From: Hyaloraphidium curvatum SAG 235-1
Lineage: Eukaryota > Fungi > Monoblepharomycota
DNA: 64,000 nucleotides
NCBI GenBank assembly: GCA_025558095.1
Contig: JAIVFI010000001.1
Location: 806,001 to 870,000, forward strand
Direction: 5' to 3'
Both the position numbers and the translations under genes were made by a program. The notes under the pieces are model-generated. The model made no database searches and was not told where the DNA came from. It saw only the letters and a list, made by a program, of their open reading frames with translations. Below, in pieces: positions 1 to 12,416 of this stretch (position 1 is its first letter; each line of letters opens with the position of its first letter).

Positions 1-18
1 ACTCTTTCGATTTCCCAG

Positions 19-710
19 GTCTCGCTCGCGTCTTTCGCGCTCCTCCTTTCGGAGATGATTGCCTACTCGCAGAAACGAGTCACAGGGATACAGGATCTCG
101 AGAAGAAGTTCGTGTCGCTCTTCTGGAGAGTTGCAATCCGGCTAACGCTTCCTCCGGCTCGCCGTCCCCACCAAACTACCCTAGACTGAGCGATTTCGGA
201 TTCCGTGTTGGCATTCGGTCTTTGGAACTCATAACCTGGAGGGAAAAGGGCAGCAAGAGGGAGACTCGGATCCTCAACATCCTTTACTTCATCCACTCGA
301 TCGTCTGGAAGTCTCTCTTTGGGAAGCAGGCCGACGCGCTCGAGAAGAGCACCGAACATGAGGACGAATGTGGGAGGACAGCTCCGCTCCCATGGCGCGA
401 CTTGTCTAATTTTCTGGACAGACATGATCTCGGACAACGAGCCCGTCCTGACCAAGTACATCAGCGTACCTAAGGAATTCGCGACGCTGAATTGCGGGGC
501 TTTCATCGCCGGGATCGTGGAGGGCATCCTCGACGCGGCGCAGTTCGTGGGTTTTGGTCGCCTGCGCAAAGTGGGCCCCAGCTGACACCTTTTCAGCCCG
601 CACGCGTCACCGCGCACTCTGTGCCCATCGATGGGTTTCCGCTGCGGACAACCATCCTGATGAAGTTTGCGCCAGAGGTTTTGGAACGGGAGAAAGGACC
701 CGAACGGTGA
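19..710 (+). CDS. TRS31: TRAPP complex subunit Trs31/TRAPPC5 (5' partial, spliced)
   Basis: Joined exons read [23 protein letters not shown] / [26 protein letters not shown] / [38 protein letters not shown] / [17 protein letters not shown], all typical of Trs31; stop at 708-710. Confidence 0.93.
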
Positions 711-881
711 CGGCGCCCCAGGCGCCGATGTTGATGACAGAGATACCTCGATGATACCATTCCTCGTATGTAGACAAATCCCAGGGTATAGCTGTGTCGA
801 CTCTAGAATCCATCGACCGCGAGCGGCGCGTCCTATCGCCTGCCCTTCTTCTTCTTGCCCTGTTGGAGGAGTTAGACGAGA

Positions 882-1301
882 TCAGAAGCGACGCAGACCG
901 TGAACGAACCGCCGCTTTTTTAGAAGGCTTGAACTTGGCTCCAACTGTAGAGCACGTCCTGTGATTAGCAGCTGCATCCATTTCGTGCAGCGGAAGCACC
1001 CACTGAGGTTCCAGATCCTCTGGTTGCGCGATTTCTTGTACGCCTCCTTGAGTTTCCGCTTCTCCAGGTCCATGTCCTGCAGGTTCAGGACCTTCAGGCT
1101 CTCCAATCTCCGCGCCACCTCCACCACATTAATGTCCGGGTAGTGCCATTCGTTCAGTCGCTGCCCCATCAGCGGTTGGTCGAGGACCTTCAGCGCCGCT
1201 TTGGAGCTCGTCGTCGACGGGAGGCCAAAGACCCGCGCGCGGGCCTGCTGTAGCGCCGCCATCCGCGCGGGAGCAACAATCGACGCTGCTACGGCGCGCA
1301 T
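882..1301 (-). CDS. RSM27: Mitochondrial small ribosomal subunit protein mS33/Rsm27-like
   Basis: ARARVFG..KVLDQPLMGQRLNEWHYP and basic C-terminus resemble mS33; one probable in-frame intron at ~960-1004. Confidence 0.7.
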   Translation of the reverse strand: MRAVAASIVAPARMAALQQARARVFGLPSTTSSKAALKVLDQPLMGQRLNEWHYPDINVVEVARRLESLKVLNLQDMDLEKRKLKEAYKKSRNQRIWNLSGCFRCTKWMQLLITGRALQLEPSSSLLKKRRFVHGLRRF

Positions 1302-1399
1302 CGCGGCGATTCGCAGCCCCGAACCCGCGGAGTTGGGTGAATGAACAAGCTAGGACAAGGGCTTGACGCGTCAGTTGAGACCAACGTTCAAGACGATCG

Positions 1400-2333
1400 A
1401 TGGCGGACGAGAGGGAGACCGTCCGAATGTGGAGGGTCTCCAAGACCGTCCGCGAGATGTGCGTCGCGAGGGTGGGAGAGCTCTCGGACGGACGTGGTCT
1501 CGGTCGCTCATCGGGACCAACTTGCTCTCACCTCGACTGGACCCGCCAACGCCGTTTTCTCCTTCTGCGCCCGGTGCAAAGGGCTACAATGTCAGCGAGC
1601 AGGAGATCAACTGGGATTTGGACGAGTTCAAGACGCTGTTCTGCCAAGGAGGGTTGTCTCGTGTCAAGTTCGTCTGCGGTCTTCGCCAGTTGGGAGGAAG
1701 ATTGACGCCCTTCCGCGGCCCTCTTTCTTCATTTCGATCAGTCGAGACCTGATGGCGTTTGCGGTGGCACGGAACACGGATGCGACGGATACCTTGGCGG
1801 TCTTCTTCCCGTCGGAGGAACGGGTCGGCGTCAAGGACATCAGAAAGTACGCGCTGCCTGCCGACTTGCCTTACCGGTTCTTGGAGGCTTACATTTCGTC
1901 GCGTGGAACAGATTTGCAGAGAAAATGGCCCAGGACGGCTACAAGGGGGCGATTCTTGTGTGCCAGAGGAACTTGACGCCGTCAGCCAACAAAGCCCTCT
2001 CGGTGCTCAATTCCAAATACCACTTTGAGGTCTTTGAGGAGGCCGATCTGGTCGTGAACATCACCAAACACGTGCTCGTGCCCAAGCACGAGGTGCTGAG
2101 CCCCGAGGAGAAGAAGGTGCTCCTTGAACGATAGTGAGTCGTTCCTTCGGCCGTCTTCCCACCACACCGTACTAAAACTGCGTCGCAGCCGCCTAAAGGA
2201 CACCCAGCTCCCCCGAATTCTCCAAAACGACCCCGTGGCAAAGTTCTACGGTCTGCGGAAAGGGCAGGTGGTGCGGATAACGCGTCCCTCGGAAACGGCG
2301 GGACGGTACGTGACATACAGGATTGCTATGTGA
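1400..2333 (+). CDS. RPB5: RNA polymerase I/II/III shared subunit RPABC1 (spliced)
   Basis: [17 protein letters not shown]..., [56 protein letters not shown]. Confidence 0.97.
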
Positions 2334-2420
2334 AGGGAACGCGTGCTATGAGGATGAACATGGAGAATCATGGCTGGTATCATGGTATAGAGGCTGCTAC
2401 ATAACCTTGTGCTCTTCCCG

Positions 2421-2983
2421 TTATTGTCCCGCCTTTTGTGCTTGCAGCTGCATGTTCTGGAATATCGACTGGATCTTGAGGACCTGTGACGAATGGTTGA
2501 AGCCGCGGAACTGAGCATTTGGCCAGGGGGATTACCTCGGCCTGCTTTTTCGATTGTTGCTCCTCGAGAGTCTTCAGCTTGGCCTCCACATCCTTCATGT
2601 TGTTCGTGATGAACTCGATGCGCTTGTCCACGTTCGTCTTTGCCTCGACGAGGTCCTGCTTCACCAGGACCGGGCCAATGAGCTTGAACACGGTCGCCTC
2701 ATCGTCCAGCAGGTCGAACTCCTGCGCGCGTGGCCGTCCGATGAGACCCGGAAACCCTCAAGCCAGCGTGCAAGGATCACGATATTGACCTTCTTGACCA
2801 TCTCATTCTCATTCAATTGAGATTCCAGCTGTGTCCGCGTCGCGACCGCCCGGGTGTATTCTGGGAGTGGAGACGCCTGAGCCCCGGCAACCCCGGGCCG
2901 CAACGTCCCGGGCCACCTTTTTGCAGCGCATTGAATGAATTGATCTCTGTCTCGAGTCGCTGCTGGACCTGCACGAGCGCCAT
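2421..2983 (-). CDS. PFDN6: Prefoldin subunit 6 (Yke2/Gim1), spliced
   Basis: RTQLESQLNENEMVKKE..VFKLIGPVLVKQDLVEAKTNVDKRIEFI; ATG at 2983, stop at 2421. Confidence 0.93.
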
Positions 2984-3125
2984 TGTGCATGAAGCTGAAG
3001 GCGATCAACGCGCACGCTCGCGTCCCTGATCATCTCCAAACGCGATCAGAAGCGCCGGGTCTCTGCTGCTCGGGGGGGCACATCGTGCCAGTTTCCTCGG
3101 AGATTGAACGCTCTTGCAACCCGCG

Positions 3126-4097
3126 ATGGCAATCGGACCGCCGGCGAAAGGCTTCCTCCGGATCTTGGCCCTGCCGCTTCACCAGAATGCCCTGACCTTC
3201 TACTCAGTGCCTGCAGTAGCGGCAGTCGAAGCAAATGAAGTCCCGGAGGCTGAGCAAAACCTGCGGTGGAAGATGACCGTGAAGTGGCCGAATGATGCCC
3301 GTCAAATGTGGTTGGACCTGGGAAACGCCCCGGACGGGACCCTGAAGAACCGCCTGTACCAAACTGGAACGAGGCTGATGGACAGCATCGCGGAAGAGGG
3401 TATGTTGGACCTCGCTGGGTTGCATCTGCCGGAGCTCTGACAGTCGTGTAGAGTACTTCCTCAAGACCGTGAGCCCGAAGGTCAGCGAGGTAAGGTCTTG
3501 ATTCGTGGGTTCTCATGGGCAATGCGTGACGCGACCGATTCCAGGGCGAGATACTAGTACCGAATGCCTTGGATCCTAGCCAGACTAGGCAGAAGCTGGC
3601 CGAGCTCTGTCGGAATAGGTGCGTGAGCGCCTAGTGTGCACCATCTCCTCGTCTCACTCCGTGGCCACTACCAGGATTCCGTATCACAAACGGTGGCGGA
3701 CTTTGTCGGTAGCTGGGCTGCCGTTCTCAACCGCCGCCGGGCTTGTGCCGGGCCCGAACGTGTTTCTTCTCTACAACGGTAAGACTACATTCTTCCTGCT
3801 GTTGAATGTCACTCAGTTCGTATTCCCTCCGGGACAGGCTTCCGGCTTTACTCGCACCATTTGGCATTCTCACACGCGCTCCATCTCCTGGACTTGCTAG
3901 AGAAGGACGCTATCTCGACATCCGTCTCGGAGGACCTTACGAAAGCCTACGGACCCTGGACACGGTCAGAAGTAATCTCGGACGCCGTTCTGACCAATTT
4001 GTCGAACGTCGTCAGCGACGGAGGTGGCGGGAACGACTTTTATCACCACGTCGACCGCGCCAGGAAGCAGCTCTTGAAGCGAACAGCACAGACATGA
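3126..4097 (+). CDS. Mitochondrial K+/H+ exchange-related protein (Mit_KHE1 / YDL183C-like), spliced
   Basis: LRILALPL.., RLYQTGTRLMDSIAEEEYFLK, PYHKRW..GLPFS..LVPGPNVFLLYNGFRLYSHHLA match the family motifs as recalled. Confidence 0.72.
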
Positions 4098-4108
4098 GGA
4101 AACCACCG

Positions 4109-4843
4109 CTACTCCTTCACCAGACCGAGTTCCTTGAACCATTGAAGCCGCGCGAGCCGAGGCTCTTGGCGGAGCTCGGTCTTTATCCAGCTCATGGAGA
4201 CGGCCACGGCGTCGACGCGGATTGTTCGTGAGCCGGGTGCCGGTTCCGACACGGTGAAGACGACCGCGTATCCCGAGCGATCGACGCGTTGCGACGGCCC
4301 GATCTGGCTGGCTGGGAGCCAGCAGTAGCCATGGGGGAGGTCCGGATGGGGCAGCATCCGGATCACGAGGTCAATGCCGATCCCCAGCGGTTCCCTCGGA
4401 TCCTTGACGGCGATTTCGGTCTCGATAGGCTTCCAGCTCGTTCTGAACACAGCCCACTCCTCCTCCTCCTGCCTATCGTCTCCCCTTTGTGCCGTGCTCT
4501 CGCTGTACCAGTACACGGTCCCGGTCTTTGCCGGAGTTCGATAGACGCAGACCTCGAGGCACACCTTCTTCCCCACGAGCAGCTTCTTGATGTGAAGCGA
4601 TTCGTTGTCCTTTTTGCGCGCGGAGCCAGAAGGTCCACCGTTGTCCGATTCACCCTTTGTCCCGGCAGATCCCGAAGACCCCTTCCACGCCTTCTGGCCC
4701 GGCGCCCCCGGCGCGGGGTCAGGCGGATCGCTGGACAACGAGCCCACGAGGTATTTGCTCATCGCAGATCCAGTCCCGAATCAGAAAGTGCAGGTGCTTG
4801 ACCTCAGTGCTGAGAATTGCGGGGGGGTGTGAGGATTCGACAT
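4109..4843 (-). CDS. Hypothetical protein (~220 aa, probably one 5' intron)
   Basis: Long ORF 4109-4762 with globular-looking sequence fills the gap between two genes; ATG at 4843 with a plausible GT..AG intron at ~4802-4732; no family recognised. Confidence 0.5.
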
Positions 4844-4884
4844 AGAGATCGCGACGCCGGCCGCTGACCGGGCGTAAACACGAG

Positions 4885-6231
4885 ATGGCCTCTTCGGTGC
4901 GGTTCTCTCACGCGTTGGGCGGACTGGCCAGTCGACATTTGTGGCACTGTGGCTCAAGGAATACCCGGACGTTTGCCTCGACCGCCTCTGCTTGGAAGAA
5001 GCGGAAGCATTCCGACCTGGAGGAGAGCACGGAAATCACGCACGATCCCGTCCTTCTGCCCTACGTAGTGGCTGCTTTGGCGCCACAGCAGGGGCAAACG
5101 TTCCTCGATCTCACTTTTGGCGGAGGCGGCATGGCCAGAGCGATCCTGGATTCGGCACCCTGCAAGTTGGTCGGGATAGACCGTGACCCCGAAGCGATCC
5201 CGCGGGCCAAGGCGCTCGAAGAGGAGGTCGGCGCTCGCAACTTTAGCTTCGTCCTTGCGAGATTCAGCGCTTTGGAGGACCGCCTCAAGGCGGCTATTCC
5301 CAGCTTCAAGGCGCCGTGCTTCAACGGAATCATTCTGGATGCAGGGAGCAGCAGTTTCCAGCTGGAGAACCCCGCTCGAGGGTTCAATCTGTATCAGGAA
5401 GGACCGTTAGGTGCGATCGATGTCCGCCCGTCGGGCTATCTGGACTGACATGCCGCTTGATGCAGACATGCGGATGGACGAGATACCGCAGGCTTTAAAT
5501 CGCGAGGACCCGGTTTTGGAGGGAGCCGCAGCGCTCGTGAACTTCGCGAGCGAGGCCGAGCTTGCCGATCTCATCTACAACAATAGCGACGAGCGATACA
5601 GTCGAAAGAGTGGGTCGATTGGGAAGAACTAACGTGCCATGCTGATTGCGATTGCCGCGCATTAGTTGCGCAGAGGATCGTGGAGGCCCGGCAGGAAGCA
5701 CCGATTGTTTCCACCAAGGAACTGGCTGATCTTATCGTCCGCGCCATGCCTCGCTTCACGAGGAATCGGGGACGGGACGGCATATTCCGGCATTGCGCCA
5801 CGCGAACGTTTCAGGCATTGCGCATTGCCGTCAACGATGAGCTGAACGAGCTGCGGGCAGGATTGGCGGCAGCGGAACGCCTTCTCTTGCCCGGTGGACG
5901 TCTCGTTGTCCTCACGTTTCATTCGATCGAAGATCGGATCGCAAAGGAGTTTTTCCACATGACCTCGGGAAAAATCCCAGTGTCGTCGCTTGACGGCAAC
6001 GATGAATCGGATGACGCCTTCGCGGAAGAAGAGGAATCTTTGCGCCCAGACGTGGTCCCGACTTTTCGGATCCCGAAAGAGAACAAGAGGGTCATTCAGG
6101 CCTCGTGGGCCGAATCGGTGGAGCATCCGCGCTGGCGGAGTGCGAAGATGAGGGTGGCGGTCAGGACGGATGCCCCGGACCCAATCTATCCCTTTGTGTA
6201 CAGGGCCGGGAGAGGCGTCAACAGATTGTGA
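4885..6231 (+). CDS. METTL15: RsmH/MraW-family rRNA m4C methyltransferase (METTL15-like, likely mitochondrial), spliced
   Basis: HDPVLL, DLTFGGGG, GIDRDPEA, DAGSSSFQL..RGF..GPLDMRMD, ATRTFQALRIAVNDELNEL, GRLVVLTFHSIEDRIAK, RSAKMR; N-terminus looks like a presequence. Confidence 0.93.
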
Positions 6232-6307
6232 TCGTTCGTCTCACAACGTCCCCGCCCCGGCCCGGGGGGCCACGTCGCTTCAATAGGCGAGGCCGCAAAA
6301 GCGCAGG

Positions 6308-7611
6308 ATGGACGAAGTTCCGAAAAAGCGGGGCCGCCCGCGCAAAGCTCCCGCACCGGCGGTCATCGACGTCGCCGCGCTAATGGACGAGGTCCCGCAG
6401 ACCATCTCCTCGCGCCCCAAGCGGGCCGCTGCCAAAGCTGCCACCTACGTTGAGGTTGCTTCGGACACGGACGACGACGTGGTCGATGTGCCGGCAAAGA
6501 AACCGAAGGCGTCGCTCAAGAACGGGGCGGTGATTCCTGTGCCGAGCCCGCCAGCTCCTTCTGTCGCAACTGCGTTGAAGGGTCCTGCTCTCTCTCCTGC
6601 GCCTTCTGCTGTTTCAACTGCGTTGAAAACTCCTGCTGTCTCCCCTGCGTCAAAGACCCCCGCCAGTGCCGCATCATTTGCTGCGTCTCCACCAACGCCG
6701 GCCAAGGCGGCCCGCAGGAAGCGCGGACCCAACGGAGCCACGGTCAATGCCGCGGAGAAGCGCACGTCGCCGTACAGGCCGGTGCCGAGCAAGAGCGTCC
6801 GGGATCGCCTGAAGCGCGCTCAGACCCAGCCCATTTTTGTGCTCAACCGCGAGGTTGTCTCGGACGTGCAGCAAGTTTTCCATGTTCTTGGCAGCGTAGG
6901 CGACGTTTACAGAGTTACCATTGCGTCCAAGCCATCCTGCACGTGCCCGGATTACCTGAGACACGCTGGCCACGAGACATGCAAGCACTGCTTGGCGGTT
7001 CTCGTCAAGGCCCTGAAAATCTCCCCCGACAACCCTCTCGCGTGGCAGATCGCACTGACGCAGAGCGAACTCTCCGCCATCTTCGCGAACGCACCGGACC
7101 CTTCGGCCATGGCTTCTGAGCGCGTGAGGAGGGCTTTCGAGAGGGCGACCGGCAACGGACCGGCGGGTGATGCCGAGGAAGACACCGAGGGCAGGCGCGC
7201 GATCGACGAGGATGCCGAGTGCCCGATCTGCTACACGGAGCTCAAAACGAGCGACAAGCTGGACTGGTGCCGCGCCAGCGGGGGTTGCGGCAACTCGGTG
7301 CACTCGACCTGCATGGCCCAGTGGATCTCGAGCCAGCGAAAGGCCGGGAAGGATGTCACTTGCGTGTACTGTCGGCGCGCTTGGGTCTCCGAGGCTTCGT
7401 CGACTTCGACGGGTGCGGTGCAGAACGGCGCCTACCTGAATCTCGCGAGCGTGGCCGGCTTGTCGCAGAAGCGGGACACCTCGACATGTGAGTGATCATT
7501 TCTTTGTGTGTAGCTGAGCTCTAACTTTCGCTCCTTCTCCGTCTTTCTGCAGACTACCAAGGACCCCGCCGCGGTTACCGCAGCAGTTACGACTACGAAG
7601 ATTACTATTGA
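6308..7611 (+). CDS. SWIM zinc finger + RING finger protein (ZSWIM2/MEKK1-N-like fungal family)
   Basis: SWIM PSCTCPD..CKHCLAVL; RING CPICY..WC...CGNSVHSTCMAQW..CVYCR; AT-hook-like KRGRPRK at N-terminus; short last exon after intron ~7488-7552. Confidence 0.88.
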
Positions 7612-7695
7612 TTTCAACCTGTCATTTCTCGAATCTGTGGCACGGCCTGGCTCTTTCTCTTCAACAATCAGTACCTGATTTGTAGTTTCCCTGTG

Positions 7696-10205
7696 TCATA
7701 CATTCAGCTTTTTCGAAAACAGGACGGGTCGGCCAATGCGACGGCCTCGTGGATCTTGGCCAGGAGGTCCGAGTCCGAAAGGAGGGCGGAGGGGAGGGCG
7801 GGATACGAGGATGGCAAATACTGAGATGGGCGTGAGCAGGGAGGCGGTGGATTGTGCGTGAACACCCACCTTAGGTTTATCGAAAGCGGTATGGAGGGGA
7901 AGGAGGGCGGAAAAGAAGATAAATCGAACGATGAACTGCTTCAAGAAATCGTCCTGCGCGAAACGGCGATATGCTTTGTCTGGCGACGACCGTCAGTTGC
8001 CACCTCAAGCATCACCAGCGACCGGAGACCAACCTATTGCGGGATCGTCCCGGGCCAAGAGGTCGGCGATGTGGTCCTCGATCGCCGTGAAGAGCGCGAG
8101 GCACTTGTCCCAGGTTTGGGACGACAGGGTCTCGAAGCTGCACAAGAGGGAAAAGGCCTTTATCGGGCAGTGGAGGAACAGGGTAAAGAGGTTGCCGATC
8201 TGCGCAGAGTCTGGAACGACGGAGTGTCAGCGACCCAACCAGGCAGTGACGGTCGACGCGCAACGCACCGACGATGTTTGCCGGGTACTCCGTCGGCGAC
8301 ATGAGCGCGACGACCGGCTGGGAAAAGACGCGCGGGAAATCCCGGAAAGCCGTGCTGCTACTGCTATCCAAAATCAGGAAGAGGGGTTTCCGGGTGAACG
8401 GGAGCACGTCCCCGGGGTACAGGGCCTGCAGCTCGGCGAGTTCCGGCTTGTCGGCCTTGCGGGCCGTCGTTCCCGTGGCGATTCCGCCGCCGTAAACTGG
8501 CAGAGGTCAGAGGAGCAGCGCCGCCTGAAATGCCAAACCCACATGGCTCGACCGATTCGGGCAACTTCGACGAGCGTTTTGCGCCGTCGGCAGACATGTA
8601 TAGCAGCATTGCCGAGTTGTCGTTGATTTCCTGCCGACCGGTGTGAGGTTCCGCCACGACAGCCGCGGTAGTCCAACAACCTTGAAGGCGGCGGTCAAGT
8701 AGAGCAGCAGCTGCCCAAACGTCGGCCGGTAGAGCAGGTACTTGTGCGGATTGGATCTCCGCTGCGATTTGCCGTCCTCGTTCTTTTCCGACCCCTCGTT
8801 CTTGTCGCGGTCGCCCCCGGTCCCTGTCGCGTCGATCCCCGCCTCCCGCGCCGGTGCCGCCCCGCCGCCGTCCCCGGCCGGCGGCCCCGTGGGCCGCGCG
8901 CCGAGCACCGGTTCCCGCTCCAGCGACTGCAGCATCCGGTACATGTCCAGGCTGAGCTCCGAGAACTTGACCTGGCGGGAGGGATGGTACCGCGGACGCG
9001 CAGCGGGCCGCAAAAGCAGCCACCTGGTTCTGGTTGTTTCCCACGACGATGGCCTCCTGCAGCCGCAGCCTCGGGCCCGGCTCCTTGTCCGCCTTGCCCC
9101 ACCGGTCGCCCTGCAGCCGCTGCGGGGCCGACAGCGTCTGCCCCTGCTCCGAGACGGGGAGCACCTTGCGGTCCGCCTCCATGAAGTGCGAGATCTCGGT
9201 GATGACCAGGTTCCACTCGGCCGCGTCCGAGGGCTTGAAGATGCGCGTGTACTCGTCCACGTGCTGGCTGAGCTCCTCCATCGCGGGCTTGATGAGCGAG
9301 TGCCGGTTCAGGAGCAGGCACACGACGATGTAGCGGGCGTAGTAGCGGAGCTTCTTGATAACGAGGGCGGGGTTGCGGCTGTCCATCACGTCCTTGAAGT
9401 ACTGCCGGTCCCGGATGGCCTCGTAGAACACGAACGACTCGTGCAGGTAGTTGGTCTCCGAGGTCCGCAGGAAGAAGTGGTAGTAGAGCTGAGCGACCTT
9501 GGACGCGATCTCTCCAATCTCCCATCGTTTAAGCCCATCTTAACCATCCAAATCGTTAGACTGCCAAGCTTCAAAAAAAGAATGTGGGATGCTCACAGTA
9601 GTCCTTGTTCTCCAGCACGGCCCGGTGCTGCTGCTGGAACTTCCAGAGTTTGGTGTACACCTCGAACGTCCGCTGGAAATACGGCTGCCACGTCTGCCGG
9701 CGGCGAGAAGGAACAGTAAGACGAGAACGAGGCGCGTCACGAGGAGAACGACGGTCAGGAGCTGGGAGACGCGGTGGCGAGGCTGCCAACGTGCCTTTTG
9801 CCCCCCCGTCGGCGGCAGGTCCCTGCGATCCCGCGGGCGGCGAATGAAACGCGTCCGACTGCAAGCACGGCACCCCCGGCCCACCTGAGTCCGGCGAACA
9901 GCTGCTGGCTCTTTTCCAGCAGCGACTGGAACTCTGCGGCGGCGGTCAAACTCCGTCGCCCTTCCTCCCGCCTCGGACGGCCCACCCTCCACCAGCCGCG
10001 CGCTGGCCTGGTCCATGACCGGCAGCTCCCGCGGCGCGTCGACCATCACCGGCGCCGCGGAGGGCGGCCCGGCCCCGCCCTCGGACGCCGGCGGGATGAC
10101 AACGACGCTGCCGAGCACCGGCGGGCGCGTGGGCTGCGACGCCGTGGGCCCGTCGGGCGGCGCGTCGGACGCGGGCGCCAGCGGGTGCGCTATGGGATCC
10201 GACAT
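7696..10205 (-). CDS. SCAI: SCAI (suppressor of cancer cell invasion) family protein, spliced
   Basis: FQRTFEVYTKLWKFQQQHR, LKRWEIGEIASKVAQLYYHFFLRTSETNYL, KKLRYYARYIVVCLLLNR, NPHKYLLYRPT. Confidence 0.9.
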
Positions 10206-10357
10206 GGCGGCCGGTGTTCGGGCGCCCAAGGTGGCGGCGGTTGAGAGACTGGTCCCCTTCCCGCACCGCCGCCGCTTCGAATCCGACCCCGGATCCCGTG
10301 CCCGTCCGCCCCTGCAAACCCCAATCAAACCCCCGGCATCCACTCTACAGCACCTCC

Positions 10358-11933
10358 ATGCCACAACGAAGTACCCTCTCCCCACCTTCCCCCTTTGCCC
10401 GCCTCACCACCCCCGGCCCCCAGTCGACCTCCCCCTGCTCCGCCGCCGCGCGGAGCACAACGACGGCATCGTCTCCACCCTCCGCGAACTGGCCCTGCAC
10501 CAGCTCGGCATCGCCAGGATCGAGGGGCTGGGCACGTACTGCCGCGGGCTGCGGATCCTGCTGATGCAGGACAACCTCGTGGGGAGGATCGGTGGGTCCC
10601 CCCCGGTCGTTGGAAAGGCGGGGGGCTGACGGCGGGGAAGAGGGGCTGGAGAAGCTCAGGGATCTGGAGTACCTCAACCTGGCGGTGAACAACGTGCGGC
10701 GGGTCGAAGGGCTGGGGCGGTGCGAGGCCTTGGCCAAGCTGGACCTGACGCTCAACTTTGTGCGCGACCTGGGGTCCGTCGAGAGCCTGCGGGCCAACGA
10801 GCTGCTGGGGGAGCTGTACCTGGTGGGGAACCCGTGCTGCAGCCTCCAAGGGTACAGGGAGTTTGTCGTCGCGGCGCTGCCGCAGCTCAAGGTGAGTAGC
10901 GTGTGCGTTGAAGGAAGCCCCACGGCTGATGCCGTGACAGGTGCTCGACGGGCAGGAGATCACCGACGAGGAGCGCCGCGAGGCGCTGGCGCGGCAGGAA
11001 GAGGTCCGCGCCAGGATCTTTGAGCAGCTCCGCGCCCTCCCCGCCGAGGACGACGCCGCCCCCGCCCCGCCCGAGGCCGACCTCGAACGCCGGCGGGAGA
11101 GGTTCTGCGGCGGCACCGCGCTGCCGCACACGCCCGCCGCGCGGCTCGAGGTGGCGAGGGAACTGGAGGAGCTGCGGGCGGCGGGGGCGCCGAAACCGCC
11201 GCCCATAGGCCCGGGGGGCGTGGCGAGCCTGGAGCCGCCGAGGGAGGAGGTCAGGATGCGGCTGCGGAAGGAGGACGGGACGCCGTACCTGCGCAACGAC
11301 GGGCGGTGGAAGTTCGAGGTCAGGGAGAGGGGGAGGACGGTGGTGCTCGACGTGGAGCTGGGGAGGGAGGTGCATCCGGACCAGGTCGACGTCGAGGCGT
11401 GGGGGCGCTGGGCGAGGGTCGCGGTGCTTCCGCCGGGGGTGGCGGCGCCGGAGGGCGACGGGGAAGACGGGTGTGGTGCAAAGGGGGGGAAGTACCTGCA
11501 GCTGGAGCTGCCGTGCGAGATCGACGGGTTCGCGGCCGAGAGGAGCGCCGCGAGCGGGAGGGTGCGGCTGACGATGCGGAGGGCTGCCGGGGCTGCGAAG
11601 CGCGAGGTCGACAAGGAAGAGCTGCCCACGGTGGGCAGTGCAGAGACGCTGAAGGAACTGGCTGCGAGGGAAGAGACCGAGGAGCGCGACGCCAAGTCGA
11701 AGGAGGAGGCTGCGAGAAAGGAAAAGGAAAGGGCCGAAGAGGCGGCCAGGAGGGAGGCAGCTGCATCCAAGAGGCGCCACCCGATGCACAAGCTGCGGAT
11801 GGAGCTCCGCGACGGCGACGAGGAGGGCGGAAGCGCATGCGGCGGGGAGACACTTCCGCGACGGAGGCCGATCGCGGACCCCGGGAGCGGATGGGAGTCG
11901 ACGGCGCCCGTGGCCATGCTCAGCTTGAATTGA
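10358..11933 (+). CDS. LRRC6: Axonemal dynein assembly factor LRRC6/DNAAF11 (TilB), spliced
   Basis: MPQRIDLPLLRRRAEHNDGIVSTLRELALHQ, LRRs (LEYLNLAVNNV, LAKLDLTLNF), LRRcap YREFVVAALPQLKVLDG, C-terminal CS-like region (N-GRWKF..KYLQLELP). Confidence 0.92.
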
Positions 11934-12416
11934 AGAGATGGATCCGAGGGTCAGATGCGGGATTCATCTTGCAGGCTGCGCGGTTCGCTGCTGTCGGAAC
12001 ACGGGCTTCTCGGTGGCCACACTGTGGTGGCGGTTGCCACTTGCGCCCGGCGTGGACGGCACCGGCAGAACGTTAAATGATGCAGTCCGTCGCAGCGTGC
12101 CCTTGCCAATAGAACGTCCAGGTGCCTGAGCGCACGCCGGTCTCCGGCAGTGGTGGGAGACGGTCGAGACCCGCTGCGGGGCGGCCACACGGAACGCATG
12201 GCCGGCGAGCCCATGCATCGGTTGAATTCGGTGGCCTGATTGGCACCTTGATCGTGGCCTTCGCTGGCCGGACGGCGTCGGGGCTCGTGCGGACGGCGCT
12301 GTGAAGTCGAAGGACCGGGTTCCGCAGGAGCGCCGACTCGACGACTCGTCCTCGAGTCCACCACCACCTCCCCCACCGCCCCCGCCCCGAGCCGCAGGGC
12401 CCCGAGCCCGCGGTCG

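Noticed and set aside
4885-6231. Recent bacterial horizontal transfer of rsmH
   Set aside because: Has spliceosomal introns and a presequence-like N-terminus; fits the eukaryotic METTL15 family.
6550-6650. Imperfect ~48-bp internal duplication in the SWIM-RING gene
   Set aside because: Ordinary Pro/Ala/Ser linker expansion.
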